Source: an uncultured virus (IMG/VR IMGVR_UViG_3300050188_000002) (Duplodnaviria > Heunggongvirae > Uroviricota > Caudoviricetes). Taken from it: 64,000 nucleotides of DNA. A program made the position numbers and the translations under genes. Location: IMG/VR virus record IMGVR_UViG_3300050188_000002. One strand, given 5' to 3'. Numbering within the stretch: position 1 is the first letter of the stretch; each line of letters opens with the position of its first letter. The notes below the pieces were generated by a model. The model was not told where the DNA came from and made no database searches. It worked only from the letters and a program-made list of their open reading frames with translations. This document shows, in pieces, positions 51,683 to 61,349 of this stretch.

Positions 51683-52093
51683 GTGACGCGTATAACGTAT
51701 TCCTTCAAGCCAGAGAAGGGTATATATTCAAATTTCAAACTTATGTATAAGTATGGATCTCATCAGATGATCTTTGCCAACGGTCCAACTCATTATTTTG
51801 GTGATGATTGTGGTGAGATCAGTAGTATCCAAGAAATTCAGAAAACCTCCCAAACCGTTGAAACGATCTATAATCGGGGTGATGATTCAAAGAATGTGAA
51901 ATCACCAAATGAAAAATGGGTTGTGATTGGTAGGTCTGCTACTACTGCACATCACGGATCTGAACAATTGGCCAAGGATGAAGCCAAGAGGCTTTCTGGT
52001 TTGAACCCTGGTCAAACGTTCTATGTTGCACAGATTGTATCTGAATGTAAGGCTGAGAAACGGCCGATCTTCTTCGAAAAGTCATATAGGTAA
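51683..52093 (+). CDS. hypothetical phage protein
   Basis: H.S...A..EA.RL....PG..FYV motif; start uncertain. Confidence 0.6.
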   Translation: MTRITYSFKPEKGIYSNFKLMYKYGSHQMIFANGPTHYFGDDCGEISSIQEIQKTSQTVETIYNRGDDSKNVKSPNEKWVVIGRSATTAHHGSEQLAKDEAKRLSGLNPGQTFYVAQIVSECKAEKRPIFFEKSYR

Positions 52094-52097
52094 TATC

Positions 52098-52349
52098 ATG
52101 ACAATGTTCATAGTCTGTAACAATTCAACCGGAAACTACCGAGTAGAGGTTGATGTTCCAAGAGGGTTTAAACTTAAGTCTCGTTTAAAGCGACTAGTAA
52201 CCGAAGAAAATAAGACCAGAATGTTAATGATGAGTATCGAAGGAGATTATCCGTTCGGTCGTTTACATAGGTATGGTCCTTATACATTTAACCACGAACT
52301 TCGAATTGATTCTGAACCGTTTAAAAGGTTTGAAATAGAAAAGGAATAG
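52098..52349 (+). CDS. hypothetical protein, paralogue family C (NNSTGN)
   Basis: CNNSTGN...P.GF.L...VT...GP..F...KRF. Confidence 0.65.
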   Translation: MTMFIVCNNSTGNYRVEVDVPRGFKLKSRLKRLVTEENKTRMLMMSIEGDYPFGRLHRYGPYTFNHELRIDSEPFKRFEIEKE

Positions 52350-52350
52350 C

Positions 52351-53022
52351 ATGGTACTCAAAGAACAAATTGGAAATATGATCCGGTCTCAAAGACTTTG
52401 GTCTATTTCCAAATCTTTTCATCATTACCATGTTAAGAATCTCTCCATGGTAAGAGTGTCGGATAAAATCCTGTTGTACATTGCCGGATTCGATCACCTA
52501 CTTCATACCAATAGTGAAGCAACGGGGTTTAATAACCAGAGTGTTGGGTTTCATTCACATCAGTGTGATGTTACTTTCACATTGATTCATGCTGAAAGTC
52601 CTAATAAGAGTATTAAACCTTATTTGATTAACATGCGAGCGGACCTTCAGCCTGATGTTAAAGGAATGCCTCAGTACTTACCGAAGTTTGGAGTGTATAA
52701 ACATCGCCGTAAGAGTCAGATTAAGGCAGGGGAAGGCAATTTCTACCATATTGGTATTACTGATTTGTATCTATCTCTTGGGATTAAAACCCTAATGCTT
52801 GGAGAACCAGTACATACAAAGGCCAATGAATTACATACGGTGTATGGGACTAAAGATTGTAAGTTTGCTTTCCTTGCAGAAAAGGGTGATGACAATCCTG
52901 CGTTTGAATCTTTGCATTACTCGACGTCTGATCTCACGAAATTCTCAGACGTGGATTTATATAAGCCTATGTCGGAAAACGATCATAGAACCATCTTGTC
53001 ATCTATTGGAATAACCGTATGA
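52351..53022 (+). CDS. hypothetical His-rich (cupin-like) protein
   Basis: FHSHQCD and ELHTV motifs. Confidence 0.55.
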   Translation: MVLKEQIGNMIRSQRLWSISKSFHHYHVKNLSMVRVSDKILLYIAGFDHLLHTNSEATGFNNQSVGFHSHQCDVTFTLIHAESPNKSIKPYLINMRADLQPDVKGMPQYLPKFGVYKHRRKSQIKAGEGNFYHIGITDLYLSLGIKTLMLGEPVHTKANELHTVYGTKDCKFAFLAEKGDDNPAFESLHYSTSDLTKFSDVDLYKPMSENDHRTILSSIGITV

Positions 53023-53321
53023 CAATTGTCAAACAAATCAAATTCACCTCAATGGAAAAAAAGTTTTGGGGTGAAACGGATCATGAGACCAAATATCAGA
53101 TCTGTGAAAGGTCTGATTATCTTCTTAGGTATCTAGCCCAATACTATTACGGGTCTGATAAATTCAAAGACTTGTTGAACATGTATAAGACTGAGAGCAT
53201 AAGACTCAGCAAGGGCAAGAAAGATTCCGATGGGAATGAGAAGAAGTCAACCGTCGTAGAAGTGTCGACTGAGTTGTGTCAATATATTCGGATGATGTAT
53301 CCAACCATTGTAGGAGGGTAA
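53019..53321 (+). CDS. hypothetical protein
   Basis: Coupled 100-aa ORF. Confidence 0.6.
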   Translation: MTIVKQIKFTSMEKKFWGETDHETKYQICERSDYLLRYLAQYYYGSDKFKDLLNMYKTESIRLSKGKKDSDGNEKKSTVVEVSTELCQYIRMMYPTIVGG

Positions 53322-53322
53322 C

Positions 53323-53997
53323 ATGAAAACTCGCATCTTTGGTAATCCGTTGGACAAGACTCTATCTAGATTCTGGTATCCGGACTTGGATATGTGCGAT
53401 AAGTCTCCGAAGGATGTTGACCTTCTGACGCACGATATCAACATTATAACATCTCCTTACAAGGGTGATGTGTTGGAAGCTGTTAAAAATACCACAAAGA
53501 TCGCCTGTGTATCAACTAATATGGCCGAAGAAACCGGAGTTGCTAATCTGGTTTTGATTGGTGGGAATGAAGAAGGCGCGTTTGCATCAGTGATTAACAC
53601 CGATGCATCTGCGTTCATGACCATCTTTGCAACAATGGAATCCAAGAATTTGTTTAGTTATACTAACATCAACCGTATCCAAAAGGTTGCCATCATTGGA
53701 TTTGGTCCTGTTGCAAGGACTGCCAAGATAGTGTGCGAAGACGCGATCAAAATGCCTGTCGAAATCTTCAGTCGGACTGGCGAAAAGAAGCCTACTCCGA
53801 AGATGGAATTCGATAGGCATACTCTGGTAATCAACACAGCTCCTGCCGATGCATATGAAATCAGTGCAGCCCACTTGATATCATTGGATCAAACTCCGAC
53901 CAAGAATATCGGAACCGTGACCAACACTCGTGGAATTGAATTCTTTGTTGAACAGGCAAAAGTTCAGTCTTACATGATTAAAGAGTTCTTCAAATGA
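53323..53997 (+). CDS. divergent shikimate-dehydrogenase-like Rossmann protein
   Basis: LS, TSPYK, GVANL, NTD, IIGFGPVART, INTAP, GIEFFVEQA in AroE motif order. Confidence 0.65.
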   Translation: MKTRIFGNPLDKTLSRFWYPDLDMCDKSPKDVDLLTHDINIITSPYKGDVLEAVKNTTKIACVSTNMAEETGVANLVLIGGNEEGAFASVINTDASAFMTIFATMESKNLFSYTNINRIQKVAIIGFGPVARTAKIVCEDAIKMPVEIFSRTGEKKPTPKMEFDRHTLVINTAPADAYEISAAHLISLDQTPTKNIGTVTNTRGIEFFVEQAKVQSYMIKEFFK

Positions 53998-54780
53998 AAT
54001 ACCAAGTCTTCATCTGTTCGTCTTACTTCGATCGATGGACTGTGTCTCCAGGTCCATCACCTAAGCCATTCCATGAGTGCCCTGATTTTGACACCAAAGA
54101 ATTGGCACTTGATTGGTGCAAGCAGCAGCTGGTTTGCGATGAGATTGTTGAGCCTTGGGATAAGTCAGTAAACATGGCTTACTGGCGTGAGACTCTTGGG
54201 TTGAACTTAAACCGAGATGTCATCAAGCACTTTCGTGGTGAACGTAAGAGTTGTGTTCCTATGCATATCAAAGCCGAAACATCCATCTGGAAAAGGAATT
54301 AAGACATGAGTGTTCCCAAATATCCGACCTTGTGTTTCTCGATTATCAAATAAAAAGGTTGGTGATCATGTCAATCAGACGTTCATATCAAGGCGATTTG
54401 TACCCGATTCTCTTCGGTATTACTGCAATTGCTGATGGACTTGTTGTTGTACTCAGTCTTGGTAGGTTGTGTACTGATTGGCAAATGAGTTGTGCTGTCT
54501 GGGTTCAAAAGAAGAGAATGCAGAAACGAATCAAGATGTCTTCACCCCATAAACATCAAAGTTAAAAGGATTTGTTATGTGTGATAAATGTACTCCCACT
54601 GCACTTGTGAAACGTATATTAATTGATCCGACCGATTTTACACCGCATACGAGTACGTATGACGCTTGTATTCATCAGCAATGTCAGACATGCAATGGTA
54701 CTGGGATTAGAAAAGACGGACGCGGAAATTGTGTACATGCGATTTCTTGTAAATGTAAATCTTGTACTCCTTGGGATTGA
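53994..54780 (+). CDS. three small hypothetical proteins (53994-54302, 54368-54565, 54577-54780 Zn-finger-like)
   Basis: Consecutive ORFs; the last has CxxCxGxG...C.H...C.C..C. Confidence 0.5.
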
Positions 54781-54784
54781 TTTG

Positions 54785-54859
54785 GATCTCGTAGTTCAGC
54801 CTGGTTAGAACAACTTCCTTTTAAGAAGTGGGTCGAAGGTTCAAATCCTTCCGGGATCA
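54785..54859 (+). tRNA. tRNA-Lys(TTT)
   Basis: GATCTCG...ACTTC-CTTTTAA-GAAGT...GGTTCAAATCC...CGGGATC-A. Confidence 0.92.
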
Positions 54860-54880
54860 TAAGAAAGTAAGGTATACACC

Positions 54881-55146
54881 ATGACCATTTTTAAAAAAAA
54901 CATATTGTTATTTGTAATAACTCCACTGGTAATAAAAAAGAAACAGTTTGGATTCCAGAGGGTTATACGCTTGTTTCTAAAAACATGCAACGAGTCACCT
55001 CAAATAATGCAAGAAATGCTCTAAAATTTCTAAATGCTACATCGCATGGACCTTCAATGTTTAATGATGATGATGATATTAGAATTGGGTTTCTTGAATA
55101 CATACGAATAAACGTAGTCAAACGATTTATTGTTAAAAAGGAATAA
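54881..55146 (+). pseudogene. paralogue family C member needing a -1 shift at A8 run 54893-54900
   Basis: ATG frame MTIFKKN; -1 frame HIVICNNSTGNKKETVWIPEGYTLVS...HGPSMF...KRFIVKKE. Confidence 0.65.
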
Positions 55147-55156
55147 ATAGCAATAT

Positions 55157-55951
55157 ATGAAACTGGTTAAACCAATAGCACTGTTGTTGTCATTATTTAC
55201 AACCTCCGCCACTGCTGCAACGATGACGTTTGACAGTGTATCAAATGGCGTGTGGGATAGAACTGATACGAACTGGCTTCCGAGTTCTGGGTCCAACAAT
55301 GTTTGGAATGCTGGTAACGGTCCAAATAACACGGCCGTGTTCTCTAATACTTCCGTTAAAACCATTAGTCCCACAAGTGTTTATGCTGGTACTTTAAACG
55401 TTAACGGCGGAAGTACTACTACGTTCTCTGGTGGCACGGTTCGTAGTGGTCAAATCATCATCAGAAATAACTCCAAAGTAGTAATTCAAAATAGCACATT
55501 CCAATCGGTATCACAAGTAATGTTTCAGGATTATGGAACGCTGCGTATTAGTGGTACTGGTTCGGTATTGGCTAATACATACCTGTTCCAGACTGTTGAT
55601 CTTAGTTCCGGTAAACATGGCGAGTTAGACCTTACCGGTTCGAACCAATCTTTGACAGGGATTGACTCAAAGATTAAACTTGGTCAACAATTGAATGTTG
55701 CATCGGCTGGTAGCAATTATGCTATTAAACTGATTGACTTTACCGGAGCAACTAACATAGGAACAATTCCTGCTGATGGCTCCCAACTCGTAGGATACAC
55801 TCCTACTAACGGGTTGTTATATGGTCAGGCTATCATTAGACGTGGCGGCGCTTTTTATCTGGTTTCGATTGTTCCTGAACCTGGTACTATAGCATTACTT
55901 GGAGTTGGTTGTTTAATCCTCCTCAGACGACCTTCGAAAAGGCGTCGTTAA
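55157..55951 (+). CDS. PEP-CTERM sorting-domain surface protein
   Basis: Sec signal peptide; C-terminal VPEPGTIALLGVGCLILLRRPSKRRR. Confidence 0.9.
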   Translation: MKLVKPIALLLSLFTTSATAATMTFDSVSNGVWDRTDTNWLPSSGSNNVWNAGNGPNNTAVFSNTSVKTISPTSVYAGTLNVNGGSTTTFSGGTVRSGQIIIRNNSKVVIQNSTFQSVSQVMFQDYGTLRISGTGSVLANTYLFQTVDLSSGKHGELDLTGSNQSLTGIDSKIKLGQQLNVASAGSNYAIKLIDFTGATNIGTIPADGSQLVGYTPTNGLLYGQAIIRRGGAFYLVSIVPEPGTIALLGVGCLILLRRPSKRRR

Positions 55952-55967
55952 CCCTTTCACAAAACAA

Positions 55968-56534
55968 ATGAAAAAGTTTGCCATCTTCGCCGTTATCGGT
56001 CTTGCTATCTTCGTTGCCTTGATCATCGCCATCGGTGGTTGGACTTTGGGAGTCCTTAACAACGAGGCCAAACTCGAACAACTGGTCAAAGCCAAACAGG
56101 TTGACAACCAGAACGAATACGACAATTGTTGGAAGAGCATCAGCCAAACCGCTCAGGTGTCTGAAATGCAGGCCAAGGCATTGACTGATATCGTTGTCAA
56201 ATACGCCGGTGCTCGTGGTAGTATCAATGGTGGAGGTTGTATGATTGATGCTAGACAGGTTCATGAAGTGGTTCCGAGTCTCGATGGTCAGATGTTTACC
56301 AACCTTATGAACACCATCAGTTCCAAGCGCGATGGATTTGCCTTGCGTCAGAAGGAACTGTTGGACATCAATCGCGAACACAATACCATGTTCCATGTGC
56401 AGCCGCAGGGTATCGTTCTAAGCATCTTCGGTCGTAAGGAAACCGAAGTCAAGATCGTTACTTCTGCTCGCACAGAGCGCGCTTTCGATTCCGGTAAAGA
56501 CGATGATGTGACGGTCTTCTCCAAGGACAAATAA
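55968..56534 (+). CDS. membrane-anchored helical protein (LemA-like)
   Basis: N-terminal TM, helical body, KIVTSARTERAFDSGKDD. Confidence 0.6.
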   Translation: MKKFAIFAVIGLAIFVALIIAIGGWTLGVLNNEAKLEQLVKAKQVDNQNEYDNCWKSISQTAQVSEMQAKALTDIVVKYAGARGSINGGGCMIDARQVHEVVPSLDGQMFTNLMNTISSKRDGFALRQKELLDINREHNTMFHVQPQGIVLSIFGRKETEVKIVTSARTERAFDSGKDDDVTVFSKDK

Positions 56535-56536
56535 CC

Positions 56537-57718
56537 ATGACATTCGCACTTCTGTATATCGTGGCTCTGGCAGTCATCCCTATCGGCTATGCGGTGTGGT
56601 TCCTGTTAAAGGATAAACTTGCATGGTATCAGCCACTTATTGCAAGTGGTACTGGGTTGGCTTTGGCTGCTATTGTCCATCTCTGTGCATTCTGTGGGCA
56701 GGGATTGAACGATAATCAGTTGTTGCATGGTATGGTACAAGAAGCAGAATTCATTCCTAGATGGAAAGAGTATTACGAAGAAGCCATCTATAGAACCGAG
56801 TTTTATACAACCACTAATGACAAAGGTGAAATAGAGTTTCATACAAGACAAGTGTTTGACCATTGGGAACCGTGTACAACTTGGCATTCTGATACGTTTT
56901 ATGAGACCGATACCTTCGAGACTGTTGAAATTTCGAGAGAACAGTATCAAAGCATACTGAATGAATTTGGTGATAAGAGGTCCGAACATCATCCACGTTC
57001 GACTGGCGAACATAATTCTCATCAGATTGGTGGTGATACAAACGTATATTACACGGTGAATAAGAACCAAGCGACTTATCCGGTTCATATCACTAAGTCG
57101 TATACGAATCGTATCATTGTGAATCCAACACTGTTTGGGTTTACACATCCGGAAGGATTTAAGCCGATTACGATTCCCGAGCCCAGCGACAGGTTCAACT
57201 GTCAATTGACTTGGGGTAATTGTGGGATTCAGAATCGTGAAGTTGAAAGACTGAATGCGGTTCTTGGACCGTCGAAGAAAGTTAACCTGATGGTTAGATC
57301 TATGGGTGACAAGTCCTCGGAAGAGGCTCACATCCTTAGGTCTGATATGTTGGGTGGAAAGCGCAATGATTTGATTGTGTGTTTTGGTGGGCCTGCCGAA
57401 CGGCCTACTTGGTGTGTAGTGTTTGGATGGTCTGAATCGTTTTTGACCATGCGTAATATCGAAACTCTGGTTTTGAAGGATGGTGTGAATAGCACTACTC
57501 TGAAGAATATTGGAGATGAGATTAAGCGCACATATCAAATTAAGGATTGGCACAAGTTCGATTATCTTCCACTTCACATTAGTTGGTTGTGGTTGGTATT
57601 GGAATTGTTTTTGATTCTGACTGCTGATACTTTGATCTTCATGTTCCTGATACCTGCTTTGAAAAAGCCTTATAGGTATATTGGTAAAACTTACAATAGA
57701 TATAACCCTTATAGATAA
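56537..57718 (+). CDS. membrane protein with a large extracytoplasmic domain
   Basis: Two N-terminal and one C-terminal TM; GGKRNDLIV. Confidence 0.7.
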   Translation: MTFALLYIVALAVIPIGYAVWFLLKDKLAWYQPLIASGTGLALAAIVHLCAFCGQGLNDNQLLHGMVQEAEFIPRWKEYYEEAIYRTEFYTTTNDKGEIEFHTRQVFDHWEPCTTWHSDTFYETDTFETVEISREQYQSILNEFGDKRSEHHPRSTGEHNSHQIGGDTNVYYTVNKNQATYPVHITKSYTNRIIVNPTLFGFTHPEGFKPITIPEPSDRFNCQLTWGNCGIQNREVERLNAVLGPSKKVNLMVRSMGDKSSEEAHILRSDMLGGKRNDLIVCFGGPAERPTWCVVFGWSESFLTMRNIETLVLKDGVNSTTLKNIGDEIKRTYQIKDWHKFDYLPLHISWLWLVLELFLILTADTLIFMFLIPALKKPYRYIGKTYNRYNPYR

Positions 57719-57732
57719 AGAGATTTCTACAA

Positions 57733-58062
57733 ATGAAAACGTTCATGTTCGCTGTTTTGTGTTTGTCTACTACATCTTCTTTTTCGTCTCCTGCTCAGGC
57801 TGATCCTGGTGATTACATGGCTATGCATTGTGGGATGACAGAGGACCAAGAACAAGGCGAAGACGATCCTATCTACGGTGAAGTGGAGGATGAAGTTGAC
57901 CTATGCTCTGATATGACGCCTGTTCAGAAAAAGATATTTAAACTTTTGGCGTCTGACAAGATCACAGTCCAAGAGGCGGACGAGTTGGAAGAAAAGTTGT
58001 CTGATGTTTCCGAAGTACGTGCTTTGGAAACTTTGACGGATATTGAAGGTGAAACCAAATAA
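57733..58062 (+). CDS. acidic hypothetical protein with signal-like N-terminus
   Basis: 109 aa. Confidence 0.6.
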   Translation: MKTFMFAVLCLSTTSSFSSPAQADPGDYMAMHCGMTEDQEQGEDDPIYGEVEDEVDLCSDMTPVQKKIFKLLASDKITVQEADELEEKLSDVSEVRALETLTDIEGETK

Positions 58063-58070
58063 GGAACAAT

Positions 58071-58595
58071 ATGTCCTTGAGAAAATTTCTGAGAGCTCGT
58101 ATCGAAGAAGGTCGTGCAGTCTTCTTTGACATGGATGGCGTCCTTTGTGACTTCGACTCCAAGGTCAAAGAACTCTTCGGAGAAGAGAAGTTCAACGCTT
58201 TCCCTCGTGATGAAGAGGGAGTGATGGATATGGGTAAGATTGATTTCGAGACCCTAGTCCATATACACGGGTTTAAAGACCTGCGTCCTACTCCTCTGCT
58301 TCCCTTGTTCAACGAACTTCTCATGGAGTTCCCTCTCAAGGTTAGGATTTTGACCGCGACAGGAAAACCTCATGCAAACTCGGTCGCTCAGCAAAAGATA
58401 GAATGGATTCAGAAGTATGCTGAGCGACCGGTTTCTATGAACTTCACTCAGCAGGCAAAGCAGAAGGGTGAGTTTGCTGATAGAAAGCATGTGTTGGTTG
58501 ACGATCGTTTGAAGGCTATTGGGCCTTGGGTTCTCAATGGTGGCATCGGTGTACGATTTAAATCCGTGGAAGATTTCGATATTCATACTCTCTAA
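58071..58595 (+). CDS. HAD-family 5'(3')-deoxyribonucleotidase
   Basis: FDMDGVLCDF, ILTA, K..W, LVDDR. Confidence 0.85.
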   Translation: MSLRKFLRARIEEGRAVFFDMDGVLCDFDSKVKELFGEEKFNAFPRDEEGVMDMGKIDFETLVHIHGFKDLRPTPLLPLFNELLMEFPLKVRILTATGKPHANSVAQQKIEWIQKYAERPVSMNFTQQAKQKGEFADRKHVLVDDRLKAIGPWVLNGGIGVRFKSVEDFDIHTL

Positions 58596-58606
58596 TTCAT
58601 ATTCCA

Positions 58607-59566
58607 ATGTCCAAAGTCCACACTCGTAAGTTGATTATCCTCAAAGGTCTTCCTGGTTCAGGGAAATCCACTTGGGCTAAGGAACAAACTCTGAAGGACA
58701 AGCGTACGATTCGCGTCAACCGCGATGATATCCGTCAGATGGTTCGTAAGGACTATCAGTTTGGTGACTTCAAGTTGGAAGATCTCGTGACCTCCATCGA
58801 ACAGGGATCTGTGATCGCAGCCTTGAAGCAGGGATTCAATGTGATCGTTGATTCCACCGGGTTGAATCCTAAGTTCCAATCCACGTGGACTAAGATCGCG
58901 GAAGAGTTGGCCGGTTACGACTATGTTGTGCAAGTCGTGGTCAATGATGAGTTCTTGAAAGTTCCGTATGAAACCTGCGTTGCTCGCGATCACAAGAGGT
59001 GTGTTGCTGAACAACCTTGGGTTGGTCGGTCTGTCATCACCGAAATCGCGTTCAAGTTTGGGTTGGTTCCCATGACAGAAAAGGTTGTGTTGTGTGATAT
59101 CGACGGGACTGTTGCTGACATCAGCGTTCGTCGCAAAATGGCAGATCGCAGTAACGGTTCCATGGATTGGGTGATCTTTAATGATCCTCATTATATGGAA
59201 TTGTATGACAAACCTCGGGAAGATATCATCAAACAAGTTAATGAACTTCATCATTCTGGTTACACCGTTATCATGGTGTCTGGTCGTATGGGTGGATTCA
59301 ATGATAAGACCGATGTTTTGGAGATGACTGTTCACCAACTTAAACATGAATGGGGGCTGAAGTTCGATCACATCCTCATGCGCAAGCAGGGTGACAATCG
59401 GTCGGACGTCATCTTGAAGAAGGAGTTTTTGGATATGATCGGTGGCCCTTCCAAGGTGTTGAAGGTGTTTGATGATCGCAAGTGTGTCATCGACATGTGG
59501 AGGACGCATGGTATCGAAGTTGTTGTGTGCGACCCAAATGACACCGTAAATGGTGGCGACTTCTAA
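58607..59566 (+). CDS. pseT: polynucleotide 5'-kinase/3'-phosphatase
   Basis: GLPGSGKSTWA, RVNRDDIR, CDIDGT, VSGR, FDDR. Confidence 0.9.
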   Translation: MSKVHTRKLIILKGLPGSGKSTWAKEQTLKDKRTIRVNRDDIRQMVRKDYQFGDFKLEDLVTSIEQGSVIAALKQGFNVIVDSTGLNPKFQSTWTKIAEELAGYDYVVQVVVNDEFLKVPYETCVARDHKRCVAEQPWVGRSVITEIAFKFGLVPMTEKVVLCDIDGTVADISVRRKMADRSNGSMDWVIFNDPHYMELYDKPREDIIKQVNELHHSGYTVIMVSGRMGGFNDKTDVLEMTVHQLKHEWGLKFDHILMRKQGDNRSDVILKKEFLDMIGGPSKVLKVFDDRKCVIDMWRTHGIEVVVCDPNDTVNGGDF

Positions 59567-59575
59567 GGAGAGTTT

Positions 59576-59875
59576 ATGAATGATAACGTCTTTGATAAAG
59601 AAATCGATCATGCGCGAAAAACTTATGGTATCCATGATGTAAAAGTTGTGTGTAATAACTCTACTGAAAACCGGCGGCAAATAGTTATTATTCCTAAAGG
59701 ATACAAACTAGTGAGTACTAAGCCTGCTGTCGTGACAAGTGAAACAGTTTCAACCTTCCTTATGGGAGGATCATTTCGTGACGGTCAAAAACATGGCCCA
59801 GACATGTTTGATGCTTCTGACTACAAATCTAGTGTTATTGGATGTAAAAGGTTTCAAGTAATAAGGAAGTATTAA
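59576..59875 (+). CDS. hypothetical protein, paralogue family C
   Basis: CNNSTEN...IPKGYKLVS...HGPDMF...KRFQV. Confidence 0.7.
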   Translation: MNDNVFDKEIDHARKTYGIHDVKVVCNNSTENRRQIVIIPKGYKLVSTKPAVVTSETVSTFLMGGSFRDGQKHGPDMFDASDYKSSVIGCKRFQVIRKY

Positions 59876-59876
59876 T

Positions 59877-60155
59877 ATGTCAACCTTACTTAGATTTAGA
59901 AATAACAGCACTGGTAACAAACTTGTTATAATCAGTATTCCTGATGGTTATGAATTAGTTTCTACCGTGCCTGTGACTGTGACTGATGAAAACATACCCC
60001 AGTGCCTTGCTTATAACCCTGATTTTGGTTCCGACTTTGGCGGTTGTTCAGTTAAAGACTCATTTATTTCTGGTTCTAGAAACCCTCATCATTTAGTTAA
60101 TGCTAAGGGAATTGGAACCAAACGTTTCCAAGTAAGAGAAGTTAGCCGCAATTAA
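59877..60155 (+). CDS. hypothetical protein, paralogue family C
   Basis: RNNSTGN...IPDGYELVS...KRFQV. Confidence 0.7.
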   Translation: MSTLLRFRNNSTGNKLVIISIPDGYELVSTVPVTVTDENIPQCLAYNPDFGSDFGGCSVKDSFISGSRNPHHLVNAKGIGTKRFQVREVSRN

Positions 60156-60161
60156 ACTCTT

Positions 60162-61286
60162 GTGTTGCATATTGAGGATATAACAATGAAAGACATCATC
60201 AGACCACACCAAGGCCAACGTCCTAAATTTGAGGAAAATAATATGGTAAAAAGAGTTCATGACCGTGATAATAGACATGGAGATCGAAAGACTGTCGTTG
60301 ATGACAACGATGTCATCAACGGCACCATCACTAAGAAGGATGGGATATTGTACGGTGAAGAAGGAGTCACCATGGTTACTGAACTTCGACCAGCTACTCC
60401 GATTGTAAAACGAAGCTACAAGGACATTTTGGTTTATGCCTTGTTGGGGGTTACCCTCATTGTCGGAAACGGCCTGTCCGGATTGTATTTCATTCCAAAT
60501 GGAAAGTGTTCGATCTTCATGATAATCTTCATGGGAAGCTTGATATTTACCTGCTTTTTGATCAACGTTCTATGCGGTATGAACGTGATTAACTGTCCTT
60601 GTGGCAACGGGTGCTACAAGAAGAGTAAGGAGTGATGTATGGTTAATACCATATGTAGACGTTTGGATATTGAGAATAAAAAAGTTGGGTATGACGCTAT
60701 CAGGATGTTGTACTTGATTTGTGATACTGTTACTGGCGAAACTGAATATGTTGACTCACTCGATTACATGGCAAACAAATCCAAGTATCCTGCTATTATG
60801 CTGTATGAGCATGAGTGTTATACGTTAAAACATAATCACAAAAAAGTAGATCTTCCAAAAATGGAAGTCCCAAAAGAGTATGTGCCACATACTACTGATG
60901 TTAGAAAGATCGTGAGTGGTAATCCTGTTCCTCAAGAATACTTCTGTCCGTACGCACCTTCAATACCGTCTATAACTGATGAATGTGAAAAGGTATTGGA
61001 TTCTGGTGTGTCCAGAATAGAACACGAAGGTACATCACTCGAATTTGAGATGGCTGAATACAAAGAAACTGCCTTTGATAAAGTTGCATTAGGATTTCTT
61101 TCGATATATGATCTCTTGAAGATTAATCCTACAGGATTTCTAGCGGTATTGGGTATAGTGGTTGTTATTATAACCATGACGTCGGAAACATTTAGACCCT
61201 ATGGTGGATATGTTATGATGTTGACGATTTTGGGTGTAGGACTTCTCACATTGTTTAGAATGTATCGGATGGTGCATCGTTCGTAA
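60162..61286 (+). CDS. two membrane proteins with C-terminal TM pairs (60162-60635, 60639-61286)
   Basis: Hydrophobic segments. Confidence 0.6.
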
Positions 61287-61292
61287 GTCACC

Positions 61293-61328
61293 AAAGAAAC
61301 ACCTGCATGTTGCAGGTGTTTCTTTTTC
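61293..61328 (+). terminator. intrinsic terminator
   Basis: AAAGAAACACCTGCA-tgt-TGCAGGTGTTTCTTT-TT. Confidence 0.75.
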
Positions 61329-61349
61329 TCTTTCAGAAAGGTTAGTGTC

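Noticed and set aside
56606..59680. Long antisense ORFs (323 aa, 340 aa; also 41932-42951)
   Set aside because: Mirror frames of well-supported + strand genes, with no motifs or RBS.
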